From NCBI GenBank assembly GCA_029932765.1, contig JAOZPM010000005.1, forward strand, positions 1 through 42,401: DNA of 42,401 bases, written 5' to 3'. Positions 1 to 8,913 of this stretch are shown piece after piece. The stretch's first letter is position 1, and each line of letters opens with the position of its first letter. The notes under the pieces were generated by a model that made no database searches, was not told where the DNA came from, and saw nothing but the letters and a program-made list of their open reading frames with translations. Source of the stretch: Bacteroidales bacterium (GTDB taxonomy: Bacteria; Bacteroidota; Bacteroidia; Bacteroidales; UBA1556). The position numbers were made by a program, and so were the translations under genes.

Positions 1-262
1 ACTCTCGTGATGGCTTATTTATGTGACCCCTCTGGGGCTCCCTTCGACTTGCCTTATCAGGCCAACGCTCAGGATAAACTTCTCGCCCCAGAGGGCACAA
101 AAAAAGCCAACACTCTCGTGATGGCTTATTTATGTGACCCCTCTGGGGCTCCCTTCGACTTGCCTTATCAGGCCAACGCTCAGGATAAACTTCTCGCCCC
201 AGAGGGCACAAAAAAAGCCAACACTCTCGTGATGGCTTATTTATGTGACCCCTCTGGGGCTC
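1..262. repeat. Tandem direct repeat with a 111-bp period. There are two perfect full units (1-111, 112-222) and a 40-bp partial third unit (223-262) that merges into tRNA-Lys. The array is truncated by the window edge.
   Basis: By eye the units are identical base for base. Each contains gtgacccctctggggctc, the last 17 nt of the tRNA-Lys gene read on the minus strand, plus a hairpin/T7 terminator. Confidence 0.9.
210..238 (-). terminator. Rho-independent terminator downstream of tRNA-Lys copy 1. An identical copy lies at 99-127 inside the repeat unit.
   Basis: The minus strand reads AAGCCA-N11-TGGCTT followed by T7. Confidence 0.55.
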
Positions 263-318
263 GAACCCAGGACCCTCTGCTTAAAAGGCAGATGCTCTAC
301 CAGCTGAGCTAAGAGATC
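246..318 (-). tRNA. tRNA-Lys, anticodon UUU
   Basis: The minus strand reads GATCTCTTAGCTCAGCTGGTAGAGCATCTGCCTTTTAAGCAGAGGGTCCTGGGTTCGAGCCCCAGAGGGGTCA. It folds as a cloverleaf with anticodon loop CTTTTAA, T-arm CTGGG-TTCGAGC-CCCAG and a 7-bp acceptor stem with G-U pairs. No CCA is encoded. Confidence 0.9.
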
Positions 319-380
319 ATTCTCATTTGTTTGAAGGTTAATTCTTGATTGTTTAGATCAAAAGAGAAATTCATCTCTTG

Positions 381-453
381 TGACCCCTCTGGGGCTCGAA
401 CCCAGGACCCTCTGCTTAAAAGGCAGATGCTCTACCAGCTGAGCTAAGAGATC
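381..453 (-). tRNA. tRNA-Lys, anticodon UUU (second, identical copy)
   Basis: The 73-nt sequence is identical to 246-318. On the minus strand it is followed by a short AAGAGA-N6-TCTCTT hairpin and T residues. Confidence 0.9.
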
Positions 454-642
454 ATCCTTATTTCAAATGAGGGTGCAAATATACAAGCTTTTATCAAATG
501 AGCAAACAATTTTATGAAAAAAGATGAAGATTTATTAAGCTCTATAATTCAGCAAATTAAAGTGTAAAAAAACTATTTATTGATATATAATAGTATCTTA
601 AACTATTAATAAAAGTTAATATAAAGTCATCATTATTCTTTT

Positions 643-650
643 TACTTTTG
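643..650 (+). promoter_or_regulatory. Bacteroidota-type -7 promoter box (TACTTTTG)
   Basis: Matches TAnnTTTG, 60 nt upstream of the ATG at 710. Confidence 0.4.
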
Positions 651-709
651 CCAATCGATATTATACCAACAGAATTGAATTATAAAAAGTATTATTTTTA
701 GAAAATAAA

Positions 710-1927
710 ATGACATTACAACAACAAGAATCAAATAAAAATTTTAAGGCCTTTATTTGGCATGCGGCTTTTCTTGCTCTAGCAGCAAATTTTATGGATA
801 TAGACACCGTTATTCCTGCTATGTTACTATCTGTTGGCGGCAATGCTATTCACCTAGGAATTCTCACAAGCATAATGGTTGGTGGTGCTAGTTTTATGCA
901 ATTATTCTTCTCAGGAATGCTATCAAATATAGCCTATAAAAAGAAATTCCTTTTGGCAGCAATAAACCTCCGCGTACTAAGTTTATTAGGTTTGTCTACT
1001 CTTTTCTATTTTTCAAAAAGTATAGATCCAAATATTGTACTGCTTACAATATTTGGTCTTATCCTTATTTTTTCCTTTAGTGGGAGTTTTGCCAATATCT
1101 CCTATATTGATATACTGGGAAAAACCATAACCAAAGCCAAGCGCAAGAAATTCTTCAGCCTTAAACAGTTTATTTCGAGTATAGGCTTACTTATTTCAGC
1201 TTTTGGAGCAAGTTATGTTCTTAAACAATATGTATTTCCTGAGAACTATTCAGTAACATTTATCTTTGCGGCATCACTCCTATTTATAGCCTCTGGTGGA
1301 TTTTATTTTCTAAGTGAGAAAACACCTTCTGCAAAAAAACGAATGAATTTAAAGAATTTCTTTGCTCAAATGCCCAAGGAAATAATGCTTAACAAAAACC
1401 TAAAGAACTATTTATTTATAATAAATATGCTAGGAATTGGTGTAAGTTTACTACCTTTTGTTATATTACTTGCAAAGGACTCTGGCAGCATAAGCCTCGA
1501 AAGTATAGGTAGTTTTATTATCTTCCGCACTTTAGGAATGGCAATAGGAAGCATTAGTCTTTTTTATAAAGCTAAAAGTTTTAAATATAAGAATGTACTT
1601 CTTTTCAATGTATTTCTTGGATCAGCATTACCGATAATAGCCCTAGCATTACAGAATAACGCTGTACTATTCCCAGGTATATTTCTATTGGCAGGAGTAT
1701 TTGTTTCCACTTATAAGGTAGCCATGAATGGTATTCTTATTGAAATATCTAATGACGAGAATAGAACATTATACGCCGGAATATCTGGCGCGGGGAACAT
1801 ATTAACAAGCATATTTCCTATAATAGCTGGAATACTACTGGCAAGCCTTGGTTATAATATAGTTTTCGGATTTATTAGCCTGATAATGTTTGCAAGTATA
1901 TTCTTTATTAGAAAACTGAGGTGCTAA
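710..1927 (+). CDS. MFS-type polytopic membrane transporter
   Basis: 405 aa with about 12 hydrophobic segments and a central basic loop (KAKRKKFF), which is an MFS-like organisation. The substrate is unknown. Confidence 0.6.
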   Translation: MTLQQQESNKNFKAFIWHAAFLALAANFMDIDTVIPAMLLSVGGNAIHLGILTSIMVGGASFMQLFFSGMLSNIAYKKKFLLAAINLRVLSLLGLSTLFYFSKSIDPNIVLLTIFGLILIFSFSGSFANISYIDILGKTITKAKRKKFFSLKQFISSIGLLISAFGASYVLKQYVFPENYSVTFIFAASLLFIASGGFYFLSEKTPSAKKRMNLKNFFAQMPKEIMLNKNLKNYLFIINMLGIGVSLLPFVILLAKDSGSISLESIGSFIIFRTLGMAIGSISLFYKAKSFKYKNVLLFNVFLGSALPIIALALQNNAVLFPGIFLLAGVFVSTYKVAMNGILIEISNDENRTLYAGISGAGNILTSIFPIIAGILLASLGYNIVFGFISLIMFASIFFIRKLRC

Positions 1928-1933
1928 ATAAAA

Positions 1934-1979
1934 AATGTCAATAGAATAGAGTAAATTAACAATCTATTTTATTGACATT
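1934..1979. terminator. Bidirectional hairpin terminator between the convergent MFS and feoB genes
   Basis: The arms aatgtcaatagaataga and tctattttattgacatt are 17 nt with 1 mismatch, separated by a 12-nt loop. Confidence 0.55.
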
Positions 1980-2000
1980 CTTCTGCTAACAATAATATCT

Positions 2001-4502
2001 TTAATAGAATAAACTACCTATCTGATATGCGGCAAATGCAGCAACCCATGCAATAGCTGTAGTATATACAATTTCAAAAATAGCATACTTCCATAAACCA
2101 GACTCTCTCTTGATAGCTGCAATAGTTGCTATACATGGGAAATAAAATAACACAAACAACAAGAATGCAAAAGCCACCGGTGGCGTATATATTTTCTGCC
2201 CTATTTTTGGCCCTGAAGTATATTCTGCAGCTTTAAGTTTTTCGCCTAGTGATTGTGTTCCCTTTGCTTCGGGGTCAGATTGATAAAGCACTCCCATAGT
2301 AGAAACTACAATTTCCTTAGCAGCAGCTCCTGTAATCAGACTTACTCCAATTTTCCAATCAAAACCAAGTGGACGAATTACTGGCTCAATAAAATGACCT
2401 AATTCACCAATATAAGAATTCTCTTGACGCTCACCCTCTTTCATAAGTGAAATCTTATGTGCAACTAACACTTTTGCTATTGCTATACTATCGGCACTTA
2501 TGCTATTGTCTTGCGTAGCTTTATGAAGCATTTCTATTTCAACTGCATCATAATCTTGCAAATAATCAACTTCTCTAGGGAAATAACCCAATGCCCAAAT
2601 AAGAATAGAAGCAATAAGAATTATTCCTCCCATCTTCTTAAGATACATTTCAGCCTTAAACCACATATGCTTAACAATTGTTAGAGCTGTAGGTACACGG
2701 TATGGAGGCAATTCCATTACAAAAGGCAATTCCTTAGCTTTAAACAATGTTTTCTTGAAAATCCATGCTACAATTCCTGCCATCATAATTCCTAATGAAT
2801 AAATAAAGAAAAGCATTGTACCAGGGTATTGGGGAAAGAACGCACTAATAATTACCACATATACGGGTAATCTTGCACTACACGACATAAATGGATTAAT
2901 AAGCATTGTTACCAACCTATCGTTTCTTCCTTCGATGGTACGAGTTGCCATAATAGCAGGCACATTACACCCAAAGCCCATTAGTAATGGAATAAATGAG
3001 CGGCCATGTAATCCTACTTTATGCATTATTTTATCAACAATAAAAGCCACACGAGCCATATAGCCAGTATCTTCCATTATGGAAATAAAGAAGAAAAGTA
3101 TAAGTATATTGGGTAAGAAACTAATAACACTTCCCACACCACCAATTATACCATCAACTAATAAATCTCTAAATATACTTGGCTGCATTAGATTAGAAAC
3201 AAAACTACTCAAAATACTTACTCCGGATTCTATCCATAATTGCGGATAACTACCAATAATAAAAGTAGTTTGAAACATTACCCACATTAGAAAAATAAAT
3301 AGAGGAAAACTATATAATCTATTAGTAATAATACTATCAACAGCATGTGTAACATCTCGTTTGCTGAATGTAGCTCCTACTTTATAAGTTTCTTTAAGTG
3401 CACCATAAATAAATCCATATTTAGCATCAGTAATTGCAGATTCCGCATTTTCTTTAAAATAGTTTTCAGCCCTATCCTGACGATCTTTTACAAGAAGCTT
3501 TATTTCTTCTTCATTTATTGTTTTCTGAATTTTAGATTTAGCATCAGCATCACCCTCAAGCAATTTAATTGCAAGAAAACGAGAAGATATTCTATCCGTT
3601 AAATCCCAATTACCAGACTGTTTAATAAGATCTTGAATTAGCTTAATAGATTTCTCTATGCACTTACCATAATTTATATGAATATGACGCTCTATTGGAT
3701 TTTTATTAAGGTATGACTCTATAACTAGATCAAAAAGCTCATCAATACCTTTTCTTTTAGCACCAACAGTACGCACCGATGGAATTCCTAACATTTGAGA
3801 AAGAAGCTTGTCGTCAAGCACATCTTTTCGTCTATCCATCTCATCGCTCATATTCAATGCCATAACTACCTTTACATCCATATCAATAAGCTGGGTAGTA
3901 AGGTATAAATTACGTTCAAGATTAGAAGAATCTATAACATTAATTATAACATCGGGCATTTCATCATGAATAAAATTACGAACATATAATTCTTCTGGCG
4001 AGTATGCTGTTAGTGAATATGTACCTGGCAAATCAACAATATTGATTTTATATCCGGCATGCTTAAAAATTGCTTCTTTGGAATCTACCGTTACACCGCT
4101 ATAATTACCAACATGCTCATTAAGACCCGATACAATATTAAAGATTGTAGTTTTACCACAGTTAGGATTTCCAACAAAAGCTACATTTAGCTCTTTAAGT
4201 TTTGTTGCACGACCCTTTAATTTGCTATCATCTTTTATTGTTCCTTTAAATACAAATTCTTCATTAACATGATCATTTTCAGACATCAACTCAATAAGAT
4301 TAGACTCTGAAACTCTTAATGAAACATCATAGCCCATCAAAGAATACTCAATAGGGTCTTGTAAGGGTGCTCTTCGAATAACCTCAATCTCTTTCCCCGC
4401 AATAAAACCCATCTCCATTATTCTTCGGCGAAAAGCACCTCGGCCTTTTACTTTAGAAATAATACCCTTTTCACCTTCATTAAGATCACTTAAATGTTTC
4501 AT
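2001..4502 (-). CDS. feoB: Ferrous iron transporter, FeoA-FeoB fusion
   Basis: The N-terminal ~75 aa form a FeoA-like SH3 domain (GEKGIISKVKGRGAFRRRIMEMGF). This is followed by the G-domain motifs GNPNCGKTT and DLPGTYS and a large polytopic permease domain. Confidence 0.93.
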   Translation of the reverse strand: MKHLSDLNEGEKGIISKVKGRGAFRRRIMEMGFIAGKEIEVIRRAPLQDPIEYSLMGYDVSLRVSESNLIELMSENDHVNEEFVFKGTIKDDSKLKGRATKLKELNVAFVGNPNCGKTTIFNIVSGLNEHVGNYSGVTVDSKEAIFKHAGYKINIVDLPGTYSLTAYSPEELYVRNFIHDEMPDVIINVIDSSNLERNLYLTTQLIDMDVKVVMALNMSDEMDRRKDVLDDKLLSQMLGIPSVRTVGAKRKGIDELFDLVIESYLNKNPIERHIHINYGKCIEKSIKLIQDLIKQSGNWDLTDRISSRFLAIKLLEGDADAKSKIQKTINEEEIKLLVKDRQDRAENYFKENAESAITDAKYGFIYGALKETYKVGATFSKRDVTHAVDSIITNRLYSFPLFIFLMWVMFQTTFIIGSYPQLWIESGVSILSSFVSNLMQPSIFRDLLVDGIIGGVGSVISFLPNILILFFFISIMEDTGYMARVAFIVDKIMHKVGLHGRSFIPLLMGFGCNVPAIMATRTIEGRNDRLVTMLINPFMSCSARLPVYVVIISAFFPQYPGTMLFFIYSLGIMMAGIVAWIFKKTLFKAKELPFVMELPPYRVPTALTIVKHMWFKAEMYLKKMGGIILIASILIWALGYFPREVDYLQDYDAVEIEMLHKATQDNSISADSIAIAKVLVAHKISLMKEGERQENSYIGELGHFIEPVIRPLGFDWKIGVSLITGAAAKEIVVSTMGVLYQSDPEAKGTQSLGEKLKAAEYTSGPKIGQKIYTPPVAFAFLLFVLFYFPCIATIAAIKRESGLWKYAIFEIVYTTAIAWVAAFAAYQIGSLFY

Positions 4503-4539
4503 TATTATTTATTTCATTAAAATTATTTTCTAAAAAAGA

Positions 4540-4547
4540 CAAAAATA
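4540..4547 (-). promoter_or_regulatory. -7 promoter box (TATTTTTG on the minus strand) for feoB
   Basis: TAnnTTTG match 38 nt upstream of the feoB start codon. Confidence 0.4.
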
Positions 4548-4587
4548 GTTTAATTAGTTTTTTAATCAATAGCTATTAGTAGGTATT

Positions 4588-5106
4588 CTATTTCAATTCA
4601 TCTTTTTTCTTTTTCACTTTTCTAAAATATGATTCTTTGGTGGCAATATACATCACTTTGGTAGCTTTCATATGTACATTCCCTGCTTTATCAACAAATT
4701 CTACAGGAAGTTTTAAATAATATTGCCCTCTTTTATTTAGATTTTCTCTTATTTCTTCAATCACCTCATCTTCAATAATGAATCTGGCAACCACTTTCTT
4801 TTTAATGGGCTTCTTAAAAACTATATGAGCTTCCTTATCCCATATAACATACTCTCTTCCAAATATATTACGAAGCTGAATTGCAAAAATAGGATCTATT
4901 GAAGCATAAATACTACCGCCAAAAACAGTCATATTAATATTCCAATTTCGTAATCCTAATTTAATACAAACATGCATTTCTTTCCAATCATCGGAAATAA
5001 ACCGAACTCTACCACTACTCCTTCTATATGCTGGGTATATGTTTAAACCAAACTTATAAAATTTAGTATATAAGCTCTCCTTTCTCTCTGTTTCAAACTC
5101 TTTCAC
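4588..5106 (-). CDS. Hotdog-fold protein, DUF4442/YiiD-C-like putative thioesterase
   Basis: 172 aa. The motif FGGSIYASIDPIFAIQL and the overall pattern resemble the DUF4442 family. The assignment is from memory only. Confidence 0.55.
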   Translation of the reverse strand: MKEFETERKESLYTKFYKFGLNIYPAYRRSSGRVRFISDDWKEMHVCIKLGLRNWNINMTVFGGSIYASIDPIFAIQLRNIFGREYVIWDKEAHIVFKKPIKKKVVARFIIEDEVIEEIRENLNKRGQYYLKLPVEFVDKAGNVHMKATKVMYIATKESYFRKVKKKKDELK

Positions 5107-5136
5107 AATATAAAATCTTGTTTTAATTAATCAACG

Positions 5137-5144
5137 CAAATATA
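5137..5144 (-). promoter_or_regulatory. -7 promoter box (TATATTTG on the minus strand)
   Basis: TAnnTTTG match 31 nt upstream of the start at 5106. Confidence 0.4.
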
Positions 5145-5202
5145 CTAATAAGAATATCATTTAATTAATAAAGTTTTTTATTCAACTAACATATGTTTTT
5201 CT

Positions 5203-5210
5203 TACTTTTG
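5203..5210 (+). promoter_or_regulatory. -7 promoter box (TACTTTTG)
   Basis: TAnnTTTG match 33 nt upstream of the ATG at 5243. Confidence 0.45.
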
Positions 5211-5242
5211 AAGCTTAAATCTAACCTACACATTATTGCAAA

Positions 5243-6703
5243 ATGGAGAATTATTTTCAGAAATTTAGAGAACAAGTTATAGGAAGAAATTACCCTTTCA
5301 CAAGCCCTTATGGTGAGCAAAAAATAATTTATGCTGATTGGATAGCAAGTGGCCGATTATATAGAGGTATTGAAGACAAAATGGCTAATACATTTGGGCC
5401 TTTTGTTGCAAATACACATACCGAAACTAGCGAAACTGGTACTGTAATGACAAAAGCATATCATCATGCCAAAGATATTATCCGTAAACATGTAAATGCT
5501 AATCCCAATGACATTGTAATAACTGCAGGCGTTGGTATGACCGGTGTTGTAAATAAATTTCAACGGATATTAAATTTAAAGCCTTGCCATAACGATAAAA
5601 ACTTAGAAGAAACACTTTCTGGAGAAAAGCCAGTGGTATTTATTACCCATATGGAGCATCATAGCAACCATACATCGTGGTACGAAACTATTGCTGATGT
5701 GGTAGTGCTGCCTGCAACTAAAGAAGGCACAGTAGATTTGATAAAAATGGATGAAGTGATTTCGTCTTACTCTAAAAGAAAAAAGAAAATTGGAAGTTTT
5801 ACAGCCTGCAGTAATGTTACTGGCGTTGGAACTCCTTACCATAAGATGGCAGCAATAATGCATAAATATAATGGTCTTTGTTTTATTGACTTTGCTGCAA
5901 ATGCACCTTATGAAGAAATGAATATGCATCCTGAAAATAAAGATGAGTATCTTGATGCAATAATGTTCTCTCCACACAAATTTTTGGGAGGACCAGGATC
6001 TTCAGGAGTATTGGTATTTAAAAAAGAGCTTTATACTAACGCAGTACCCGATCACCCAGGAGGTGGAACTGTAGATTGGACAAATGCTTGGGGTGAGTAT
6101 AAATATACTGACAATATTGAAGCTCGTGAAGATGGTGGAACACCTGGTTTTTTGCAAGCCATTCGCACTTCGCTTTCTTTAAAACTAAAAGAACAAATGG
6201 GTACTGATAATATCCAAAAACGAGAAGAAGAACTATTTAAAATAGCTTTTACTGAACTTGGTAAAATTAATAATCTTAGTATTCTTGCAAACAATATTAA
6301 AAAACGAGTTGGCGCACTTTCTTTCTATATAAAAGACGTTCATTATAATCTAATAGTAAAACTACTTAATGATAGATTTGGAGTACAAGTTAGAGGTGGT
6401 TGTGCTTGCGCAGGTACTTATGGTCATTATCTTCTTAATGTTACTCATGAAGAATCAAAACGAATTACTGATTTGATTGATAGCGGCGACCTTAGCAAAA
6501 AACCTGGATGGGTACGCCTTTCGGTACACCCAACAATGACTAATGATGAGCTATACTTTATTTGTGATGCTATAAATAAGATTGGTAAAAACCATGAAGA
6601 ATGGGCGAAAGATTATATTCACGAAGAGGAAACTAATGAGTTTATTCACAAAAACTTTATCAATAAAGAACGATATAATATTGATGATTGGTTTTCTTTA
6701 TAG
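5243..6703 (+). CDS. Class V aminotransferase-fold PLP enzyme (cysteine desulfurase/selenocysteine lyase-like)
   Basis: 486 aa. It has the PLP-lysine context SPHKFLGGPGSSGVL and the THMEHHSN and GGCACAG motifs typical of this fold. Confidence 0.85.
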   Translation: MENYFQKFREQVIGRNYPFTSPYGEQKIIYADWIASGRLYRGIEDKMANTFGPFVANTHTETSETGTVMTKAYHHAKDIIRKHVNANPNDIVITAGVGMTGVVNKFQRILNLKPCHNDKNLEETLSGEKPVVFITHMEHHSNHTSWYETIADVVVLPATKEGTVDLIKMDEVISSYSKRKKKIGSFTACSNVTGVGTPYHKMAAIMHKYNGLCFIDFAANAPYEEMNMHPENKDEYLDAIMFSPHKFLGGPGSSGVLVFKKELYTNAVPDHPGGGTVDWTNAWGEYKYTDNIEAREDGGTPGFLQAIRTSLSLKLKEQMGTDNIQKREEELFKIAFTELGKINNLSILANNIKKRVGALSFYIKDVHYNLIVKLLNDRFGVQVRGGCACAGTYGHYLLNVTHEESKRITDLIDSGDLSKKPGWVRLSVHPTMTNDELYFICDAINKIGKNHEEWAKDYIHEEETNEFIHKNFINKERYNIDDWFSL

Positions 6704-6725
6704 TTACTCTCCAAAAAATAATAAC

Positions 6726-6759
6726 AAAAAAACTCGTAATAAATATTACGAGTTTTTTT
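6726..6759. terminator. Bidirectional terminator
   Basis: The hairpin ctcgtaat-aaat-attacgag is flanked by A7 on the left and T7 on the right, between convergent genes. Confidence 0.7.
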
Positions 6760-6777
6760 GCTTAATTGATATATCTT

Positions 6778-7506
6778 CTATTTAAACCAGCCAAATATAA
6801 AACTTATTTCAGCAGTAGGCGAACTAAGTTTGCCTGTTTCAAATACATTGCTTTCAATTTTATTACTAGAGTTTAGGTAATTATATGATAACTCTGAATT
6901 ACTAACCCATTGGTAACCCAAACCAACTTTAAACTTCATCCAATTAGTTAGATTCATTTCTACATCTATTTGAGGAGTTATTACAAAAACTGGGCTCGAA
7001 ACATAAACATCATCATTATAATACTTACAATTATAGCTATTGCAAGATTGGTAATAATCGTAATGATCATAAAGAAGAATTGCACCTCCTCCAAACTTTG
7101 TGCTAAAACCAAAATGTATTGGTTTATCAGCCACAAAATTAACACCTACTATTAATCCCGTATGAAAAAATGTAGAAGCTTTCTCAATATTAGATGTTGA
7201 ATCTGATGAAAGGAAATCGTATTCAGGAGAACCAAATGAACCTCTACCATAGAATCCCACATAAAAACTTCTATTTAACAAAACAGCACCATCAAAGCCC
7301 GCTGCACCAGCTACTTTTCCATCTAATGATAATAAATTAAAACTAAAAGCACCAAACCCACTTATCTTAGTAATTGAATTATTATTACTAAATAATGTTT
7401 TATACTCTGTATTTGAGTTTTGAGAAACTGAAGAATCAGATTTCTGAGAAAACATAACAAAAGGTGTTCCCAATGCTAGTAATAATAATAGTAAGAATAT
7501 TTTCAT
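6778..7506 (-). CDS. Secreted outer-membrane beta-barrel-like protein
   Basis: It has a signal peptide (MKIFLLLLLLALGTPFVMFS), alternating aromatic/Gly-rich strands and an aromatic C-terminus (FIFGWFK). Confidence 0.55.
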   Translation of the reverse strand: MKIFLLLLLLALGTPFVMFSQKSDSSVSQNSNTEYKTLFSNNNSITKISGFGAFSFNLLSLDGKVAGAAGFDGAVLLNRSFYVGFYGRGSFGSPEYDFLSSDSTSNIEKASTFFHTGLIVGVNFVADKPIHFGFSTKFGGGAILLYDHYDYYQSCNSYNCKYYNDDVYVSSPVFVITPQIDVEMNLTNWMKFKVGLGYQWVSNSELSYNYLNSSNKIESNVFETGKLSSPTAEISFIFGWFK

Positions 7507-7709
7507 TTTTTAAAGTATTGATTGATTTTGATAAATATCTTTATGTGTTTTTACTAATTAATAAAATATTTACTAGCAAGTGCCTTTTAACACTTTATAC
7601 TAATAAATACAAACTGTTATAGAATTACAAAAGTAAACTAATTACGAAGAGTAAAAAAGTAAACAAACTAACAATAATTACTTTTAGTAGGTTTTAGATA
7701 TATTTTTAC

Positions 7710-7717
7710 TATATTTG
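7710..7717 (+). promoter_or_regulatory. -7 promoter box (TATATTTG)
   Basis: TAnnTTTG match 61 nt upstream of the ATG at 7778. Confidence 0.4.
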
Positions 7718-7777
7718 TGACTGATATTTCACAGATATCGCGTATGCAAACATATTTATTAACCTAACAAAACTACC

Positions 7778-8167
7778 ATGAAAAAGTCAATCCGATTTTT
7801 CTTTATCATGCTTTTAAGTATTAGCTTATTCCAAATTAGCTGTACAAAAGAGGATGACAAAGCTGTAGTATTACCTACAGTTAGTACTAATAGTGTAACA
7901 AACATTGCACCTACAACAGTAACAACTGGCGGGGTAATTAGTGATAATGTAGAAATTACTGCTAGGGGTGTTTGTTACTCAACATCCAATCAAAATCCTT
8001 CTCTAGAAGATGATGATGGTTTCACCACTGATGGTACTGGTGATGGAAGCTTTGTTAGTAACCCTTCGGGACTATTAAACGGAACAACATATTATATTAG
8101 AGCATACGCTACAAATACTATAGGAACAGCATATGGAAATATGGTTACATGCAAAACCATGCAATAA
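7778..8167 (+). CDS. Small lipoprotein with one Bacteroidota surface-protein repeat domain
   Basis: It has a signal peptide and lipobox (LFQISC). The motif ARGVCYSTS...TTYYIRAYATNTIGTAYG is a repeat module common in Bacteroidota cell-surface proteins. Confidence 0.6.
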   Translation: MKKSIRFFFIMLLSISLFQISCTKEDDKAVVLPTVSTNSVTNIAPTTVTTGGVISDNVEITARGVCYSTSNQNPSLEDDDGFTTDGTGDGSFVSNPSGLLNGTTYYIRAYATNTIGTAYGNMVTCKTMQ

Positions 8168-8190
8168 ATTATAAGTTATTATTACAAATC

Positions 8191-8223
8191 AAGAGCTAGG
8201 TTATATTATTTAGCTCTTTTTTT
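8191..8223 (+). terminator. Rho-independent terminator
   Basis: aagagcta-N12-tagctctt followed by a T run. Confidence 0.6.
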
Positions 8224-8296
8224 ATTCTATCACTTTTGCAACAATAACAAATAATTAACGTAGAAGTGTTATTGACAAAATTATGATATATTAAAA

Positions 8297-8845
8297 ATGG
8301 ATATTAATAAAGAGAAGAACATAATTAGAAAACAAATTAAGTATATAAAATCAAAGCTTAATGCTGAGGATAAACTTCTATTATCAAAACCCATAATTTT
8401 GAATTTGGAGAATAATAATGACTTTATTAACTCAACGTGCATACTCGCATATTGGTCCATGAATGACGAAGTAAACACCCATGCTTTTGTTCAAAAATGG
8501 AGTTCTTCTAAAGATATATATCTACCTGTAGTTAAAGGTAATATGCTTGAATTTAGATTATTTACAAATATTAATAATATGGAAAAGGAATCTGAATTTG
8601 GCATTTTTGAGCCCAAAGGTAAAATATTAAAAGATTATACGATAATTGATCTTGCAATAATTCCGGGAGTAGCTTTTGATAATCATAATAATAGATTGGG
8701 AAGAGGCCTTGCTTTTTATGATAAAATACTTAAAAGTATAGATGCAAAAAAGATTGGGATTTGCTTCAATTTTCAGATTTTGGATATAATACCAACTGAA
8801 AATACTGATATTAAAATGGACATGATAATAAGCTCTAAACCCTAA
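8297..8845 (+). CDS. 5-formyltetrahydrofolate cyclo-ligase
   Basis: 182 aa with the family pattern: the EV..... segment, YLPVV, FGIFEP, IIPGVAFD and NRLGRGLAFYDK. Confidence 0.85.
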   Translation: MDINKEKNIIRKQIKYIKSKLNAEDKLLLSKPIILNLENNNDFINSTCILAYWSMNDEVNTHAFVQKWSSSKDIYLPVVKGNMLEFRLFTNINNMEKESEFGIFEPKGKILKDYTIIDLAIIPGVAFDNHNNRLGRGLAFYDKILKSIDAKKIGICFNFQILDIIPTENTDIKMDMIISSKP

Positions 8846-8880
8846 TTAAATATAATACTATATAAATAAACTATTTTCTT

Positions 8881-8888
8881 TATCTTTG
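8881..8888 (+). promoter_or_regulatory. -7 promoter box (TATCTTTG) for the transporter-ATPase/MscS operon
   Basis: TAnnTTTG match 26 nt upstream of the ATG at 8914. Confidence 0.45.
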
Positions 8889-8913
8889 ACAATTATACAA
8901 ATTAAAAACACAT

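Noticed and set aside
1-262. Possible CRISPR array
   Set aside because: The whole 111-bp unit is identical between copies, so there are no variable spacers. The unit is too long, and no cas genes are present in the window.
7-312. A 101-aa ORF with an internally repeated peptide (MAYLCDPSGAPFDLPYQANAQDKLLAPEGTKKANTLV, three copies)
   Set aside because: It is a translation of the 111-bp tandem repeat (111 = 37 codons) and runs antisense through a tRNA-Lys gene. It has no promoter box or independent coding evidence.
1-710. Integrated mobile element or genomic island at tRNA-Lys
   Set aside because: No integrase, transposase or phage gene lies within the window next to the tRNAs. The genes to the right (MFS, feoB) look like ordinary chromosomal genes. 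An element to the left of the window cannot be excluded.
3345-3602. An 85-aa plus-strand ORF inside feoB, and similar antisense ORFs elsewhere (5357-5563, 5603-5977, 6052-6294, 16039-16239, 16723-16920, 18116-18469, 19777-20028, 20239-20478, 21437-21664, 26862-27140, 29858-30043, 30266-30493, 37926-38135, 38871-39053, 40827-41168)
   Set aside because: Each is embedded antisense or out of frame in a confidently identified gene and has no motifs. They are treated as shadow ORFs.
4503-4587. Fur box upstream of feoB
   Set aside because: The region is AT-rich, but I could not find a convincing 19-bp GATAATGATAATCATTATC-like palindrome. I am not calling one.
6582-6785. A 67-aa ORF overlapping the aminotransferase 3' end and the terminator
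   Set aside because: It is out of frame within a confident CDS and runs through the terminator hairpin.
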